NCBI GenBank assembly: GCA_030704615.1 | Contig: CM060731.1 | Location: 71,858,001-71,922,000 of the forward strand | Origin: Takakia lepidozioides | Taxonomy: Eukaryota; Plantae; Bryophyta | Direction: 5' to 3' | DNA: 64,000 nt | Shown here: piece after piece, positions 62,539-64,000 of the stretch | Layout of the letters: each line of letters starts with the position of its first letter | How positions within the stretch are numbered: the stretch's first letter is position 1 | Program-made: the position numbers and the translations under genes | The notes under the pieces: model-generated | What the model was told of the DNA's origin: nothing | What the model saw: only the letters and a program-made list of their open reading frames with translations | The model's database searches: none

Positions 62539-64000
62539 CTAAGGGTGAGAGAGGGAGAGAGATAGAGATAGAGACAGAAGGGGTCTTAGGGATCCCACCG
62601 CGGGCTTGTTACCCTCCTTGGTAGGGGTGGATGTCCTTAAGGGCCGCTTGGAAGGAGTCATGCGAATGACGATCTTCTCAGCACTCTGGTCTTCCTCCTC
62701 GTCCGTGCTCTCGCTCTCTGCTGAGTAGTCAGCACTGGGAGTCGCTCCACTATCCTCCCCCGGGTTGGTCTCCAAGTCGCTGGAGTCCTTCTCCGCCACC
62801 CCCATGTGAACAGGACTCCTCTCCCTCAAACGAGTACTCCTTTGCATTGGGCCGTTCCACACATAGCGGGCAGTACGTGGGGGTCTCTCTTTCTCTCTAC
62901 TCTCCCACAATCGCCCGGGTCACTCACAACAAAATGCCCTCACAACCCCAGGAAACTCAAAAAGCAAAGCACACACACTTAGTACGCTCGCGTGAGAGAC
63001 ATGAGGTTGTCCAAGTGCCGGGTTGCATCCGATGGTCCACGTCCATCCAATGGCGGAGATGGGATGTGGACATGTCGTTTTAAAAAAAAAAACAAATTAG
63101 GGTACATATTAACCACTACAATAATGTCCATAACCACTACATCCTTCTGACATGGCAGTCTTCTAGGGGCTCTTGGGACCTCAACTACCTTTCATGAAAC
63201 AGACGTAAGTCTGGTGTGGAAGCAACGCAGGGGAGGCCATCTCTCGGCTCAGGTGTTGCGATCGCATTGCAAGTGCAGGGAAGGAGGGAACAATGCAATG
63301 AAGGAGGGAAGAAATCATCGCATGAACAGTATTCGAGTAGGGAGACAGCTTCGACTTACAGTGCAGTGCCCTTGGAGCTCCAATCCAACAACCAAGCTTT
63401 GTTTTCAGCTACCCTGATAGCACGATACCGTTCATATTCCACCATCCCTTCGCATTCTCCTGGGGTAAGTGACTCCTCTTCTCCTCCACTTTCGCTCTCT
63501 GCTAAACCAGGTGTTCTTGCCAAATCGCCTCCAGTGCCATCGTCATTCAAATGTTTTGGGCTGCGTTCACGCTTTGCCATAGAACCTGCACTCTCCTTCA
63601 GCAAAATTGAAAAGAGACTGAGCCTAACTAAACCCTACAAGTGCACATTCAGATTGAGCGATGGAGGAGGCTGTAGATATAAGCACATGACAATAGACGG
63701 GCTAACGGCTTCGTGCTAACTACAAATGCATATGATGGGCTAGGCTACTGCTCACAACCTTCAAGACATCCTATCTTAAAGCACTATAGCTTGTACCTAG
63801 AAGTAGGGTCTGCTAGGTCACCACGTAGTGATTCAATCCACTCTGAATATTACTAAGAAGGTGGTTTGTAGATGACAAGAGGCAGTTTTTTCCATTTTCT
63901 GCACTGTCAGAGTCATACTCACTCTTTTTGTAGTTCTAAAGTTGAAATATGAGGTGTGAAACAACCACTCAGAAAGTGGTACCTTACAACTCTATGAGTA

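Larger units (their letters stand above)
56166..64000. mobile_element. CACTA (En/Spm) element, probably extending beyond the window, with a LINE inserted
   Basis: CACTAGAAGAAAAAC terminus; ACCACT/AGTGGT subterminal repeats at 56190-57050 and again near 63110 and 63960; TnpA-like exons. Right end not seen. Confidence 0.65.

Noticed and set aside
62750-62790. 2A-like ribosomal skipping motif (DLETNPGE)
   Set aside because: Lacks the essential terminal proline (NPGP) and the upstream hydrophobic helix; the ORF context is unclear.

Overview
Repeat-rich eukaryotic nuclear DNA from a land plant, probably a non-seed plant such as a fern, lycophyte or bryophyte (inferred from a plant-type U6 gene with USE/TATA, PLS-class PPR remnants and OSB/PDF-motif pseudogenes). 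The window is mostly nested transposons: a full-length Ty3/gypsy LTR element (1526-22937, TSD GTAGT) with extra ORFs, LINE fragments, CACTA elements (one carrying an FCP1/NIF phosphatase-like domain, one carrying PPR-derived repeats) and small foldbacks. The only clearly intact host gene is U6 snRNA. The standout is a Mutator-like (MULE) DNA transposon family seen three times: a 13.9-kb copy (33613-47515), an 8.1-kb deleted sister copy (3237-11369) and a 0.9-kb end fragment (54426-55356). The 13.9-kb copy has short TIRs, a 9-bp TSD and two divergent genes. One is a GCM-like/MULE-DDE/SWIM transposase. The other is a multi-exon gene fusing a ParB-like domain (DGNHR) to a beta-class DNA amino-methyltransferase-like domain. 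Non-coding parts hold dozens of 20-28-bp palindromes centred on TTCGGCGCCGAA, arranged in tandem arrays and large foldbacks, and the palindrome flanks differ between the two subfamilies. This looks like a transposon-borne 'ParB-methylase plus parS-like site' module; its function is inference. Many ORFs have single-base frameshifts, which may be real decay or assembly error. All domain calls are by eye, with no database searches run.
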